DNA of 64,000 nucleotides from Heptranchias perlo (lineage: Eukaryota): NCBI RefSeq assembly GCF_035084215.1, contig NC_090335.1:41168001-41232000 (forward strand). The letters run 5' to 3'. Shown one piece after another: positions 39,201-51,546 of this stretch (the stretch's first letter is position 1; every line of letters begins with the position of its first letter). The notes under the pieces were generated by a model. The model saw only the letters and a program-made list of their open reading frames with translations, searched no databases and had not been told where the DNA came from. Position numbers and translations under genes: made by a program.

Positions 39201-39612
39201 AAAATTGGCTTTTTTTAAGTTTCTGACTTAAGTACGTCACTCTCAAACTCAATGTCAAATTCTATCATATTATAATCACTCTTCCCCAGATGATCCCTTA
39301 CTATGAGATTACTAATTAACCCTGTCTCATTACACAAGACAAAATCTAAAATAGCCTTTTCCCTGGTCGGCTCCACAATGTATTGTTCTAGGAAACTGTC
39401 TCGAATGCATTCCATGAACTCGTCCTCCAAATTACCTTTGCCAATTTGATTTGTTCAGTCTATATGACGATCAAAATCCCCCACGATTATTGCATTACTT
39501 TTGTTACAAGATCCTATTATTTCTTGATTAATACTCTGTCCAACAATATAGCTACTATTGGAGGGCCGATAAACTACTCCCACCAGTGTTTTCTGCTCCT
39601 TGTTATTTCTTA
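36262..39612 (-). mobile_element. CR1 LINE ORF2 (APE + RT, degenerate), interrupted by a second LINE
   Basis: - strand fragments EDEFMECIRDSFLEQY, NYRPVS, PQGSALG, FADDTK, RPHPEY. The 3' tail is missing. Confidence 0.9.
38266..39205 (+). mobile_element. 5'-truncated CR1-clade LINE of a different family, nested
   Basis: GMFADDCTVF..QQDLDNIQAWADKWQV..YKAQIRSLMEYSPLAW, with its own 3' tail ending gcccacatcccatgaacgaataaa. Confidence 0.9.
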
Positions 39613-39716
39613 TCTGTTACTATTGTTGCAAGGATTATGCTGTGCTTCTTGACTACTTTTGTCTCGGAGGGAAGTTAATGCTGTTTAGCCTGGATTTCTC
39701 ATAAGAAAAATGTAAT

Positions 39717-40469
39717 GGGCCGGATTTTCCTGTGAGTGGCGATTGAACTGCGCCTGCTCTTCTTTAGACTTGCACTTGGCCATAGACTTCGCATGGGCTT
39801 TTGCACGGCACGTACCTCTTATCAGGTGCTCAATCCAACACGGCGCCCGCTACAGGGCATCTGGGTCCTGTGTGAACGGGGCAAGCAACTGTGTATCTCC
39901 TTAGCCAATCAGTTTGAAGCATCGTTAATGAGCAGCGCAGAGTCAGAACCAGGAAGTGTAAGTTAGAATAGTGAATTCAATGTCAAATCAGGTTCAGAAA
40001 GTGAAATAGTGTAAGAAATATTGAAATAAGAGACAGAGATAAAACAGACAGAATGAAAGAGTAAAAAAATGAAAACATATTTAAAAAACAATTAAAATCT
40101 GAAGGAATGAGACTCCACACTTGTAAAAGTTAATTTTCAGTGCCAGAGAGGTTGTTTGGCAGTCATTAAGACTCCCCGGCCCATTAAACGGGTGCTTAGA
40201 CTTGAAATGGCTTGACGTACTTTTTTTTGGCGAGATTAGTTCGCATCCATCAGGTTGGTGCAGGAACTTCATGCTGTTCCATTCATTTGAATGGGGAGTT
40301 AGCCCGCAAGATGTCGTTCTCGCGAAGCTTGTGGGGTAGCGTCGCATCTAGTACAGCAACTTCTGGATTTCCGCATTTAACTGCACATGTGCGGTCACTG
40401 TACCAGTTGCATAGAAATAACAGTGAGCCCTGAAAGCCTCGCTGTTATTTTCACAGGAAAATCGAGCCC
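39717..40469. mobile_element. Harbinger-type MITE (753 bp)
   Basis: 19-bp TIRs GGGCCGGATTTTCCTGTGA and rc GGGCTCGATTTTCCTGTGA. TSD AAT/ATT (one mismatch). Confidence 0.85.
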
Positions 40470-41029
40470 ATTGTAAACTTTTCCAATCTCTCTCTTTGAA
40501 ATCCAGACACTAGGTCTTGCATTCAGAGTAATCAATTCTGAACTACTTAATATTTAATTATCAGAAATTGTATTTCTTGTGGCTGTTTTTTTTTTATTAT
40601 ACAGACACAGGAATGAGAGATTGGTTTGCTAGGAGATTTTCCATTTGAATTATAATTTCTTCATGTGAAAAAATATAGCCAATGTGTAATATTTATAACT
40701 GAATGATTGAATCTGTCACTTGCAACTGATTTCGAAGTATTCAATGTAAATACTTCCACCATTTGAGTGATAGGACATGGGTTTGTGGTCATAATTCCCT
40801 ATGCAGTGAGTTCCAGATCTTCATAATGTTGCAAGGGACACGTGTCAGGTGGGCATTAGTCACTTCCCACTTGGGAGGAAAAATGGGAGCATTGGTCACC
40901 CCAGGGTAATCTCACAGCTGGTTCAAAAGCATCATTGCCTGAGGTATTTCTGGCTGGCAAATGGTGCATGAGTCAGGTGAACCCATGGAAACAGTGAAGA
41001 AATGAAATAAAAAATAATTCAGTGGGAAA

Positions 41030-41270
41030 TTGGACTGCCTGGTGTGGTATTGAAGCATACAAACCAGGAAGGTCTCGGGTATATTCTGTAATCTCTGCTG
41101 AACTCACCAATCTCGGCTGGGGCAGGTATAGTGATGTTACACTTGGCTTCAGTGCCACTAACCTAGGGAAGAAAAAAATATCCCAGGTTTATGCTTCTGA
41201 TCCCTGCTAGAAAGTGCACATATTCAGGCAGATCTGGCTTGGCTGCGATGCCCTCTCCCCCATTTAATAA
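41030..41270 (+). mobile_element. Degenerate SINE, same family as 32865-33230
   Basis: Shared motifs tctcggctgggg, ggcttcagtgcc, ctagggaag, ccctgctagaaagtg, ggctgcgatgccc. Confidence 0.6.
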
Positions 41271-41936
41271 CTTCATACTGTTTAGTTTCATTCATCGGGA
41301 ATGACTTTGTGGATCAGGTACTGGAGGGCTAGAATGATAACAAAGCATGGTTTCAGAAAAGAATGGGAGAAAATTATCAATAACAAGAAAAGGGACAGGG
41401 AAAAACTGAAACCCTTTCCCTGCTGTAAAAACAAATTAACCAAGGTTGTCTGTGAAAGAAGGAAAATGATTAAGGGGCCATGTTTCATGATGCTAAGATT
41501 GGCTTAATGTTAAAAGCCCCATTTTTCACCACAGCAAAAGCTGGTTATTTGCTATTTTGTTTCATTTAGCTGTCGCTTTACATAGTATGATTTAAATTTT
41601 AATTAAAGTGAAAATACAGCTTTGTGCGCTGTTTGCATTTCCTATCTCGATTTTTCTTTGCTCCTTTCGGGACCTGCTATGTCATACTTGAACTTTCTTA
41701 TGAGACAAGCAATTGGTTTCCAGCCATCTGCTGGTTTTTGCAGTAAGCATTAGCAGGTACATCATGAGAGGAATTTGGAGAAAGTTGTCCGTTTTCTCCT
41801 TTGTGTGTGAAACTACGTAGCTTTTATTTGGCAGTCCCTGAGGACTGTAAGTTCAGACACTCAACATAAGTGACGAAAGTGTTAAATGGAGGTACTCAGC
41901 CTCACTCCTTTCCTCATATTTGGCTGGCCTTTGTAA

Positions 41937-44900
41937 AATCATAGAATGGTTACAGCATAGAGGAGGCCATTCGGCCCATCGAGTCTGTGCCAGCTCTATG
42001 CAAGAGAAATCCAGCTAGTCCCACTCCCCCATCCTTTCCCTGTAGCCTTGCAATTTTTTTCCCTTCAAGAGCTTAACCAATTCCCTTTTGAAAGTCATGA
42101 TTGAATCTGCCTCCACCACCCCCTCGGGCAGTGCATTCCAGATCATTACCACTCGCTATGTAAAAAAGTCTTTCCTCATGTCGCCTTTGGTTCTTTTGCC
42201 AGTCACCTTAAATCTGTGTCCTCTGGTTATTTACCTTTTCGCCAATGGGAACAGTTTCTCTCTATCTACTCTGTCTAGAACCCTCATGATTTTGAATACC
42301 TCTATTAAATCTCCTCTCAACCTTCTCCGCTCTATGAAGAACATCCCCAGCTTCTCCAGTCTATCCACGTAACAGAAGTCCTTCATGCCTGGAACCATTC
42401 TAGTAAATCTTTTCTGCACCCTCTCCAAGGTCTTCACACCCTTCCTAAAAAGTAGTGCCCAGAATTGGACACAATACTACAGTTGTGGCCAAACCAGTGT
42501 TTTATAAAAGTTCATTATGACTTCCTTGTTTTTGTACTCTATGCCTCCGTTTATAAAGCCCAGGATCCCATATGATTTTTTAACCGCTATCTCAACCTGC
42601 CCTGCCAACTTCAACGATCATTGCACATACACCCCCAGTTCTCTCTGTTCCTGCACCCGCTTTCGAATTGTAACCTTTAATTGATATTGCCTCTCCTCAT
42701 TCTTCCTACCAAAATGTATCATTTCGCACTTCTCTGTGTTAAATTTCATCTACCACGTGTCCGCCCATTCCACCAGCCTGTCTATGTCCTCTTGAAGTCT
42801 ATCACTATCCTCCTCACTGTTCACTACACTTCCAAGTTTTGTGTCATCTGCAAATTTGGAAATTGTACCCTGTACACCCAAGTCCAAGTCATTAATATAT
42901 ATCAAGAAAAGCAGTGGTCCTAGTACCAACCCCTGGGGAACACCACTGTATACCTTCCTCCAGTCCAAAAATAGCCGTTCACCACTACTCTCTGTTACCT
43001 GTCACATAGCCAATTTTATATCCATGCTGCCACTGCCTCTTTTATTCCATGGGCTTCAATCTTGATGACAAGCCTATTATGTGGCACTTTATCAAATCTC
43101 TTTTGGAAGTCCATATATACCATATCAACTGCATTGCCCTCATCTACCCTCTCTGTTACCTCTTCAAAAAACTTAATCAATTAGTTAAACATGATTTGCC
43201 TTTAACAATCTGTACTGGCTTTCCCTTATTAATCCACACTTGTCCAAGTGACTATTAATTTTGTCCTGGATTATCATTTCTAAAAGTTTCCCCACCACCG
43301 AGGTTAAACTTACTGGCGTGTAGTTGTTGCATTTATCCTTACACCCTTTGTTGAACAAGGGTGTAACATTTGCAATTTTCCAGTTCTCTGGCACCACTCC
43401 CATATCTAAGGATGATTGGAAGATTATGGCCAGTGCCTCCACAATTTCCACCTTTACTTCCCTCAGCAACCTAGGATGCATCCCATATGGACCTGGTGAC
43501 TTATCTACTTTAAGTACAGCCAACCTTTCTAGTACCTTCTCTTTATCAATTTTTAGCCCATCCAGTACCTCAACTACCTCCTCTTTTAATGACTTGTGCA
43601 GCATCTTCTTCCTTGCAAAAGACAAATGCAAAGTACTCATTTAGTGCCTCAGCCATTCCCTCTGCCTCCAAGCGTAGGTCTCCTTTTTGGCCTCTAATCG
43701 CCACCCCCCACCCCTCCTCTTACTACCTGTTTACTATTTATATGCCTATAGAAGACTTTTGGATTCCCTTTTATGTTAGCCGCCAGTCTATTCTCATACT
43801 CTCTTTTTGCCCTTTCTATTTTCAGCCGGGTTCTCACTTGTATCATCAACCTGACATCTGTCATACGCCCCTTTTTTCTGCTTCATCTTACTCTCTATCT
43901 CTTTCATCATCCAGGGAGCTCTGGCTTTGGTTGCCCTACCTTTCCCCCTCGTGGGAATGTATCTAGACCGTATCCGATCTATCTCCTCTTTAAAGGCCAC
44001 CCATTGTTTGATTCCTGTTTTGCCTGCCAATCTTTGATTTCAGTTTACCTGGGCCAGATCCATTCTCAACCCACTGAAATTGGCCCTCCTCCAATTAAGT
44101 ATTTTTACTCCAGAATGCTCCTTGTCCTTTTCCATAGCTAATCTAAACCTCATGATACTATGTTCGCTGTTCCCTAAATGTTCCCACACTGACACTTGCT
44201 CCACTTGACCTATCTCATTCCCCAGAACCAGATCCAGCAATGCTTCCTTCCTCATTGGGCCGGAAACATACGGATCAAGAAAGTTCTCCTGAATACATTT
44301 CAGAAATTCTTCCCCCCTCTGCCCTTTATGCTAATACTATCCCAGTCTATATTATGAAAATTGAAGTCCCCCATTATCACTACTCTATGGTTTTTGCACC
44401 TCTCTGTAATTTCCCTACAAATTTGCTCCTCTATATCCTTCCCATTACTTGGTGGCCTATAGAATACACCCAGTAGTTTAATGGCACTTCAAATGTTTCT
44501 TAATTCTAACTTAATAGATTCTGTTCTTGACCCTTCCAGGACATCCTCTCTCTCCAGAACTGCAATATTCTCCTTAATCGATACTGCCACCCCCCATGCC
44601 CCCCCCCACCCCCCCACTCCTTTCTCTCCTTCCTTATCTTTCCTGAACACCTTGTATCCAGAAATATTTAGTACCCAATCTTGCCCTTTTTGAGCCAGGT
44701 CTCCGTTACCTCCACAACATCATATTCTCATGTTTTGCGCCTGCAGCTCACCAACCTGTTTACTAGTCTTCATGCATTTACACATATGCACTGTAAACCT
44801 ATCTTAGACCCTCTTGTATTCTCTCTTAATCTGATCCCACCTAATACCGTACTAATTCTTACTGTAGTGCTATCTTTCTCTCTGAATCCTTTGTATACCT

Positions 44901-46090
44901 TGTTTCTCCTTTCCAATGCTACATCCTGGTGCCCACCCCCCTGCCAAATGAATTTAAAGCCTTCCCCACAGCACTATGAACCTCCCCGCGAGGACATTGG
45001 TCCCAGCTCTGTTGAGATGCAACCTGTCCGGCCTGTACAGGTCCCACTTACCCCAGAACTGGTCCCAATGCTCCAGGAATCTAAAGCCCTCCCTTCTGCA
45101 CCATCTCTCCAGCCACGCATTCCTCTGCTATATCCTCATATTTCTATACTCACTGGTGCGTGGCACCATGAGTATCCAGAGATTACTCCCTTTGAGGTAC
45201 TGCTCATTAATCTCTTTCCTAACTCCCTAAAATCTTCCTGCAGGACTTCATCCCTCTTTGTACCTATGTCATTGGTACCAATATGGACCACGACCTCTGG
45301 CTGTTCACCCTCCCCCTTCAGAATGTTCTGCAGCCGCTCAGTGACATCCTTGATCCCGGCACCAGAGAGGCAACATACCATCCTGGAATCACGTCTGCGG
45401 TCGCAGAAACGCCTGTGTGTTCCCCTAACTATTGAATTCCCTATCACTATTGCTTTCCCGATCTTCCTCCTCCCCTCCAGTACAGCTGAGCCACCCGTGG
45501 ACTTGGCTCTGGCTGTACTCCCCAGAGGAACCATTGCCATCACCACCAGTTAGAGAGTGAGATGCACTCAGGGGACTCCTGCTCTACCTGCCTGGTCCTC
45601 CTTGTCTATCTTGCGGTCACCCAGTCCCTCTCTGCCTGCACTCTGTTAAGCCGCAGGGTGACCACCTCCTGAAACGTGCTATCCACATAGCTCTCAGCCT
45701 TGCGGATGCACTGCAGTGACGCTAGCCACTCCTCAAGCTCCGAAACCCAGAGCTTGAGTTCCTCCAGCTGACGATACTTCCTGCACCTGTGGCCGTCCAG
45801 GACACAGGAAGCGTCCTGGAGTTCCCACATGGCACAAGATATGCATTCAACGGGACTGAGATGCCTTGCCATGCCTCTATTTAATAGATTACTAACTAAA
45901 CTTACCAGAAATAAACTAACGACTTAGAAAAAAACACTCACCAACCAGCTCCTTCCCTGATGCTGACATCACTTGAGTTTTTTTTTATTTTTTACCTCGC
46001 TCCCTGATGCCTTCACACTTTATCCTCTGCGGCGTTCTGCTCCTCTGCCCCCAAACTCCTTCAGGTCCGCTCTCCTGACCTTCGGGCTCT
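41937..46090 (-). mobile_element. Full-length degenerate CR1 LINE
   Basis: ORF1 remnants (CISCAMWE..CRKY zinc finger; IVIGNSIVRG..HIGTND esterase) at 45136-45872. ORF2 APE/RT fragments at 42000-44800. 3' tail at 41937. Appears related to the 28655-30552 copy. Confidence 0.92.
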
Positions 46091-46179
46091 CCGATCAGTT
46101 TTATTCAAAAAAAGTTAAAATTTATTTTCCCAGAATTCCCCAAATGGTCAGAAAGACAAAGGTAAAGTCTGGTGTTACT

Positions 46180-46505
46180 GTAAACCATAAAGACCAAGAG
46201 GTGCAGGTTCAATTCCTGCTATGTGTAGATTTAGCTGGTCTCAGCTAGAGCACCGGTTGGTCTGCTACAATTGTCCTTAGACAAAATCAGCCAGGGTTTG
46301 TTCCGTGAGCATTTCTGGGAAGTGTGAATGTGTTGGGTGAGAACAGGACCACACTTGCCTGTGATACTGTACAGATTCATGTGCTCTCCAAGCTCATACA
46401 AAGAATGATCCCTTGAGGTGGTTGGGGTTGGGTTGAGTTGAGTGAGGTAGCAGAATACTGCTGATGCCTGTGGAACTGTACACCAGAGAGTTGGTGCCTT
46501 TTCCC
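46180..46505 (+). mobile_element. Degenerate SINE, same family as 32865-33230
   Basis: caggttcaattcctg B-box-like motif, plus ttagctggtctcagc, gctacaatt, aaatcagccaggg, gatgcctgtggaactgtac. Confidence 0.6.
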
Positions 46506-46687
46506 AATTATGTTCTCTATTATTGGAGGAAAAGAATTTTAAAGTTTTTTAAAAATACAATCCTTATTCTTCTTTTAAATTCTTTAATGGCAGTTTGGGG
46601 ACTTCAGCCCTAGCTTTTGATATCCATCGGGTTTCAATCCCTATTGTATTTTCTGTACATATTTTATATAGAGAGGAGTAGGATTAA

Positions 46688-47075
46688 AGAAAGAACTTGC
46701 ATTTATATAGTGCCTATCACGACCTAAGGACTTCCCAGAGCACTTTACTTTTTTGTAGTGTAGTCACTGTTGTAATGTGGGGAGACACAACAACAAATTT
46801 ACACACAGCAAGGTCCCACAGACAGCAATGAAATAAACGACCAGATAATCTGATTTAGTGATGTTGGTTGAGGGATAAATATTGGCCAGGACTCCCCCGC
46901 TCTAACTCAAAATTAGATGTGATCTGTTACATCCACCTGAGAGGCCAGATGGGACTTCCTCAGTACTGCACTGAACTGTCAGCCTAGATTATGTGCTCAA
47001 ATCTCTGGAGTATGACTTGAACCCACAAATTTCTGACCAGAGACAAGAGTGCTACCAACTGAGGCACAGCTGACA
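46688..47075 (-). mobile_element. tRNA-derived SINE with L2-type tail (DeuSINE/SacSINE1-like)
   Basis: - strand head tgtcagctgtgcctcagttggtagcactctt..gggttcaagtc (A and B boxes). Tail ..ggcactatataaatgcaagttctt resembles the L2 tail at 15150-15184. Confidence 0.75.
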
Positions 47076-47532
47076 TTTCAATTTTCTTTTTATTAAATTT
47101 TAAACTTGAGCCCCTGGCCATAGTTCATTTACTATTGCTAGGAAAAAAGCTTTACATTCATTTTTTAAATTCTTTTTATATTTTTAATATTTTCCACTGA
47201 ATTTGTAAACATCCTTGAATTGAAATGTTTATAAATTCAGTGGAAAATATTACAATCCTGGTCTACTGCTCTTCCATATTTATAATTATGAGACTTTGAA
47301 AAATATTTTAATACATTATAAGGAGATCCTGGGTCTAGAGGATATGCAATTATCTCTCGCCAAGTAGAAGCTTGGCAGAGTGGTAGATTGGGGCCTCCAG
47401 TAGGACGCAGCAGATTCTGCATACACATATGGATGATTCTGCACTCCATGCTCCCTGCTAGCACAGCTTCCTCACTGGAAGCATGGGATTGGAGAATCAT
47501 CCCTACAGTCTCTCTGGGATTTGAGAGATCAT

Positions 47533-50500
47533 GGGCTCAATTTTAGCCCCAAAGTCCGGGTGGGTTAGGGCAGGGGGGCAATCAAAATCGGGTTTTTTTT
47601 GAGTGGGAACGAATCCCGGCTTCAACTTGCTGAAAAACGCGTACAACCCAGACGCATCTGGGTGCGTGTGTGCTTCAGGAAGCCGGAAGACCTGACTGCT
47701 TTATTTAAACAAGTAATTAAGGAACCGAAGCTACTTAATATTTTGTGTATTGAGGCAGGGAAACTATTTTAACCCAGTCTCAACGTGTTTCCTGTGCTGT
47801 CTGAAAGGCGCCATGGAAACGGTGGCAGGTTGCAGCTGCTATCCATTTGGCCATTTCAATCATTGTTTGACAGAAAGGGATAAAAGGTGAGTTTTTGGAG
47901 CAGGGCAAGCAGTTCTTTCAGACAAATCTTTGGCTGGGAGTTCTTTGTGTTTAGACTCAGATTTCTTTGTTCACACTCAGAATTCTTGTGTTCACACATA
48001 TTGACCTAATTTTAGACCCCCCTCAAACTGTTAACATCAGGGTGGGGGTGCAATGACTGCATTCGCTAGTACATTTGAGGAGGAGGCACATCACCATCCG
48101 CACCAGGCGTGGCGTGCAGTTCTGGGAGTTGCAGCTCCACAAGATAGAGATGCGTCACAGGGACCTGCAGAAGAGCAGAGAGGAGAACAATGGAAGAGCC
48201 GATGTCACAGGAGGCACTACCCAGTTGAGAGGGTCTACAGACAGAGGCTGAGCTTCCTGGACCTCTCAGAGGAGCAGCACCTACGAAAGCTCAGGGTGAG
48301 TCGCCAGGAGGTCACAGACATCTGCGCACTCCTTCATGCAGAGCTGCTGGCCATACATTGGCCGTGGCAGTTAAAGTGACCACTGCCCTCAACTTCTTCA
48401 CCTCTGGATCCTTCCAGGGCGTCAGCGGTGACATTGCCGGGGTGTCTCAGTCGTCTGCTGACATGTGGTATATGATAGGTAACGGATGGCTTGTTTTGCC
48501 AAATTTCCCATTGACGACATCAGCCAGACTGAGAGGACAGTGAGTTTCCACTCACTGGCTGGCTTCCCACAGGTACCGGGCGCAATTGATTGCACACACA
48601 TAGCAATTCGAGCACCTCCACATGAACCAGGACTGTTCATCAACTGAAAGGGATATCACTCCATTAATGCGCAGCTGTTTAGCGACCACTGGAAGAGATT
48701 TCTGAAGGTGTGTGCCAGCTACCCTGGCAGCTGCCATGATTCCTTCATTTTGCGTGAGTCCAAAATCCCGGCCCTCTTCCACGCACAAGACAGATTTAAG
48801 GGCTGGCTCCTTGGAGACAAGGGATTACCCTCTGCAGACGTGGCTCATGACATCTGAGAAACCCCCTCAGCGAGGCACAGCAGCGGTACAACGACAGTCA
48901 CATCACCACGAGGTCTGTCATTGAACATGCCATAGGACTGCTCAAGGTGCGGTTTCAGTGCCTGGATCAATCCGGGGAAGCCCTTCAATACTCACTGGCG
49001 AAAGTGGGTAGAATTATAGTCGTTCTTTGCATCCTGCACAACATCGCTCAAAAAAGAGGGTTACCGGTGCACGAGGCCCCATGCCCTCTTGAAGCATCTG
49101 CATCTGCCATCAACATTGAGGAGGAGGACAATGGACAACCCATCGGCAGAGCAGCGGCTCACATGGCTGCTCATGAGGCCAAGGAGTCACTCATATTTGA
49201 TAGGTTGTCATAAGGAGATCTGCAAAGTTAAGATAGTCAAGTTCTCACACCACCTGGAATGAGCACCGCCAACACCAGCAACCCCACGCCCCCGCACAAA
49301 ACATTCCTACAACCACACATACACCCACTGTAAACACACCCACTGGATGGCATCAAGGCTAACCGTTCATGATGGAGCACATGAAAGGGCGCTATCACGA
49401 AAGCAACTCAAGAATGGGCAGGACGTGGCAGTGGTGGTAAGAATTATAACATTTAACATGCATGGAACAAAAGACAAAGAGAAATGAAAAACATGTCAAT
49501 CTATCAAACTCCCTTGTCCGTACCTTTTGTGATCACAAAACTTTTGCCTTTCGCTTCCTACTACTTCTACGGGGTGCATCTCCTGTGGTTGCAACAGAGG
49601 TAGTGGATGGTTGCTCATGTTCATGCCCTGACTCCTGAGATGTTTAGGGCTTACGCCCTCTGGGTTTTGAATCCCGTGAGGGCCACGCCAAAGACTGCTC
49701 CACCTGCACCTGTGCAGGGGCAGACTTAGCTATCTGGAGAGGAGGCAGCATTGTGGGTACTGGCTGAGAGGGGGGCAACGGCTGAGACGTGGGAGTGCTT
49801 TGAGTGGCGTTACCCACTTCCATGTCCCCTTTCACCATCATCCCTATCCTGGGCCAGGGCCATCATTCCTAAAACCCTGCTGGACAACAGTTTGGAGGAC
49901 ATGTGTAATGCCTTGTAAGGCCACTTCTAAAATCTCTGTTTACAGCGGCAGAATGTTGTTCACCCTGAGTCCGCACGGCCGTTGTCAAGATCTGAATGGA
50001 CTCATTTGTGAGCCCTGCTTGAATTTCGATGGAGACATTTCCAACTGTTTCCCAGTTCCACTAATGCTGGAGGTGGACTCCTCCATCCTCTCCGCTATTG
50101 TGGAGAGTGCGCGTGGCACGTCTTCCAGTACCTCGCAAATGTGCTGCTGTCCCTCGATCATTGTCCTTTTAAAGAATGGCCCCCAGGGTTCAGCATCTGT
50201 GTCCAGCTGAGCAGAGCCTGGAGAGGAGTGTGCCCACGGACTCGCCATGGCTGCCCCGTCACCAGCGTCTGCTTGTGCTCACGTGTGTGGTGACTCACCA
50301 GATAACAACCCAACTAATTCACTACTAGGACCCACCGAGGTGTGAGTATCTGCGCTGGTGCATGGCTCGCTATGATGTGATGGTGTGCCTTCAGAGGCAG
50401 GGAGCTCCTCTGAGGAATCGCCCTCTTCAGTTACTTCAGTCGTTGGAAGGCCTGGAAGAGAACAGAAGGTGATATTAAGATGCAATGTTGCGATGAGCAT

Positions 50501-51546
50501 ACTGAGGTGTTCAACATGAATATCATTAATAACATCAATTCATGTTGTGTGTGATGAATGTTAAAGTTCTGTCACCAGAAGTTTGTGGGGTGCCAGTCTC
50601 AGCATCCCCGAGGGACAGGCACTCAATCGTGCAGCTGAGTTCCAGGGCCTCCTCCTCCGCCTCTGTGAGGACCAATATTTGTTGTGCCCCCCCTCCAGTC
50701 CCCGCCCTCTCCCTTGCATTCTGCGCTCTTCTCCTACAAGGGGAGAAAGTACAGACGTGTGAGTGAGTGATGGTGAAGTGGTCAGCCAATTAATGCATTT
50801 CTTTGGGAGAGGCTGACCATGAAAGTGATTCATCAGAGGGTGATTATCAGACATATACATCACATTGCACAGGATTGGGGTGAGTGGTAATGGTGGGTTC
50901 ACAAATGGGGAGGTGAGGAAGTGCTCAGAAAATGAAGATAAGTTAAGGATGGGCCTTAAGTGGGCGTGAGGAGTGATGTGATGGAGTAGGCTTCGCAGGG
51001 CAGAATGTGAGTGGGGGGGGAGTGGGGATGTGCCCCACAGAATGCAGGTGAATCAGTGTGTTTTCACTTTTGCTGACCTGGTTGGGTCATTGAAGCACTT
51101 CATACACTGGACCCAACTATGAGAGATGTTGCTACTGCTGGTCACCTCCTCTGCCATCTCGAGCCAGGCCCTCTTGATGGCAGAGACAGGGCGCTTCCTC
51201 CTATCCTCCGGGTAGTATATTTCCCTCCTCCTCCTCACCCCGGCCAGTTGCACCTCGTGCGGAATTATTGAATTTTGGTGCAGGCTTGCAGCTGTATTGC
51301 TCCATTATGTTGAATTGCTCCTTTCCCCAACAAGAGCTATTGCATCAATGGTCCTTTAAATACTCCAGCTGACAGCACCTCATGTGGGTGTGCAGTCCGC
51401 CCGCTGCGCAGCTTTCAGAGAGCAAACCTGGAAGCCACATTGAGGGCCTTCAGTTAGGTCGCGATCGGGTGGGGAAAGGTAAGGATTTTTTTTCGTGTTT
51501 CCCACGTGCCCTTTGACCATCCCGTCGGCATATTAAAATCCTGCCC
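47533..51546. mobile_element. Full-length (degenerate) Harbinger transposon, 4014 bp, opposite orientation to 21156-25228
   Basis: TIRs GGGCTCAATTTTAG and rc GGGCAGGATTTTAA. TSD CAT/TAT. + strand transposase at ~48042-49213 (GFPQVPGAIDCTH, YPGSCHDSF, LGDKG, RFQCLD). - strand spliced Myb/SANT gene at ~49540-51255 (GVRRRREIYYPEDRRK..KRAWLEMAEEV). Confidence 0.9.

Noticed and set aside
44681-45553. 290-aa + strand ORF
   Set aside because: Antisense to CR1 ORF1 and the ORF2 start; a shadow frame with no recognisable domain.
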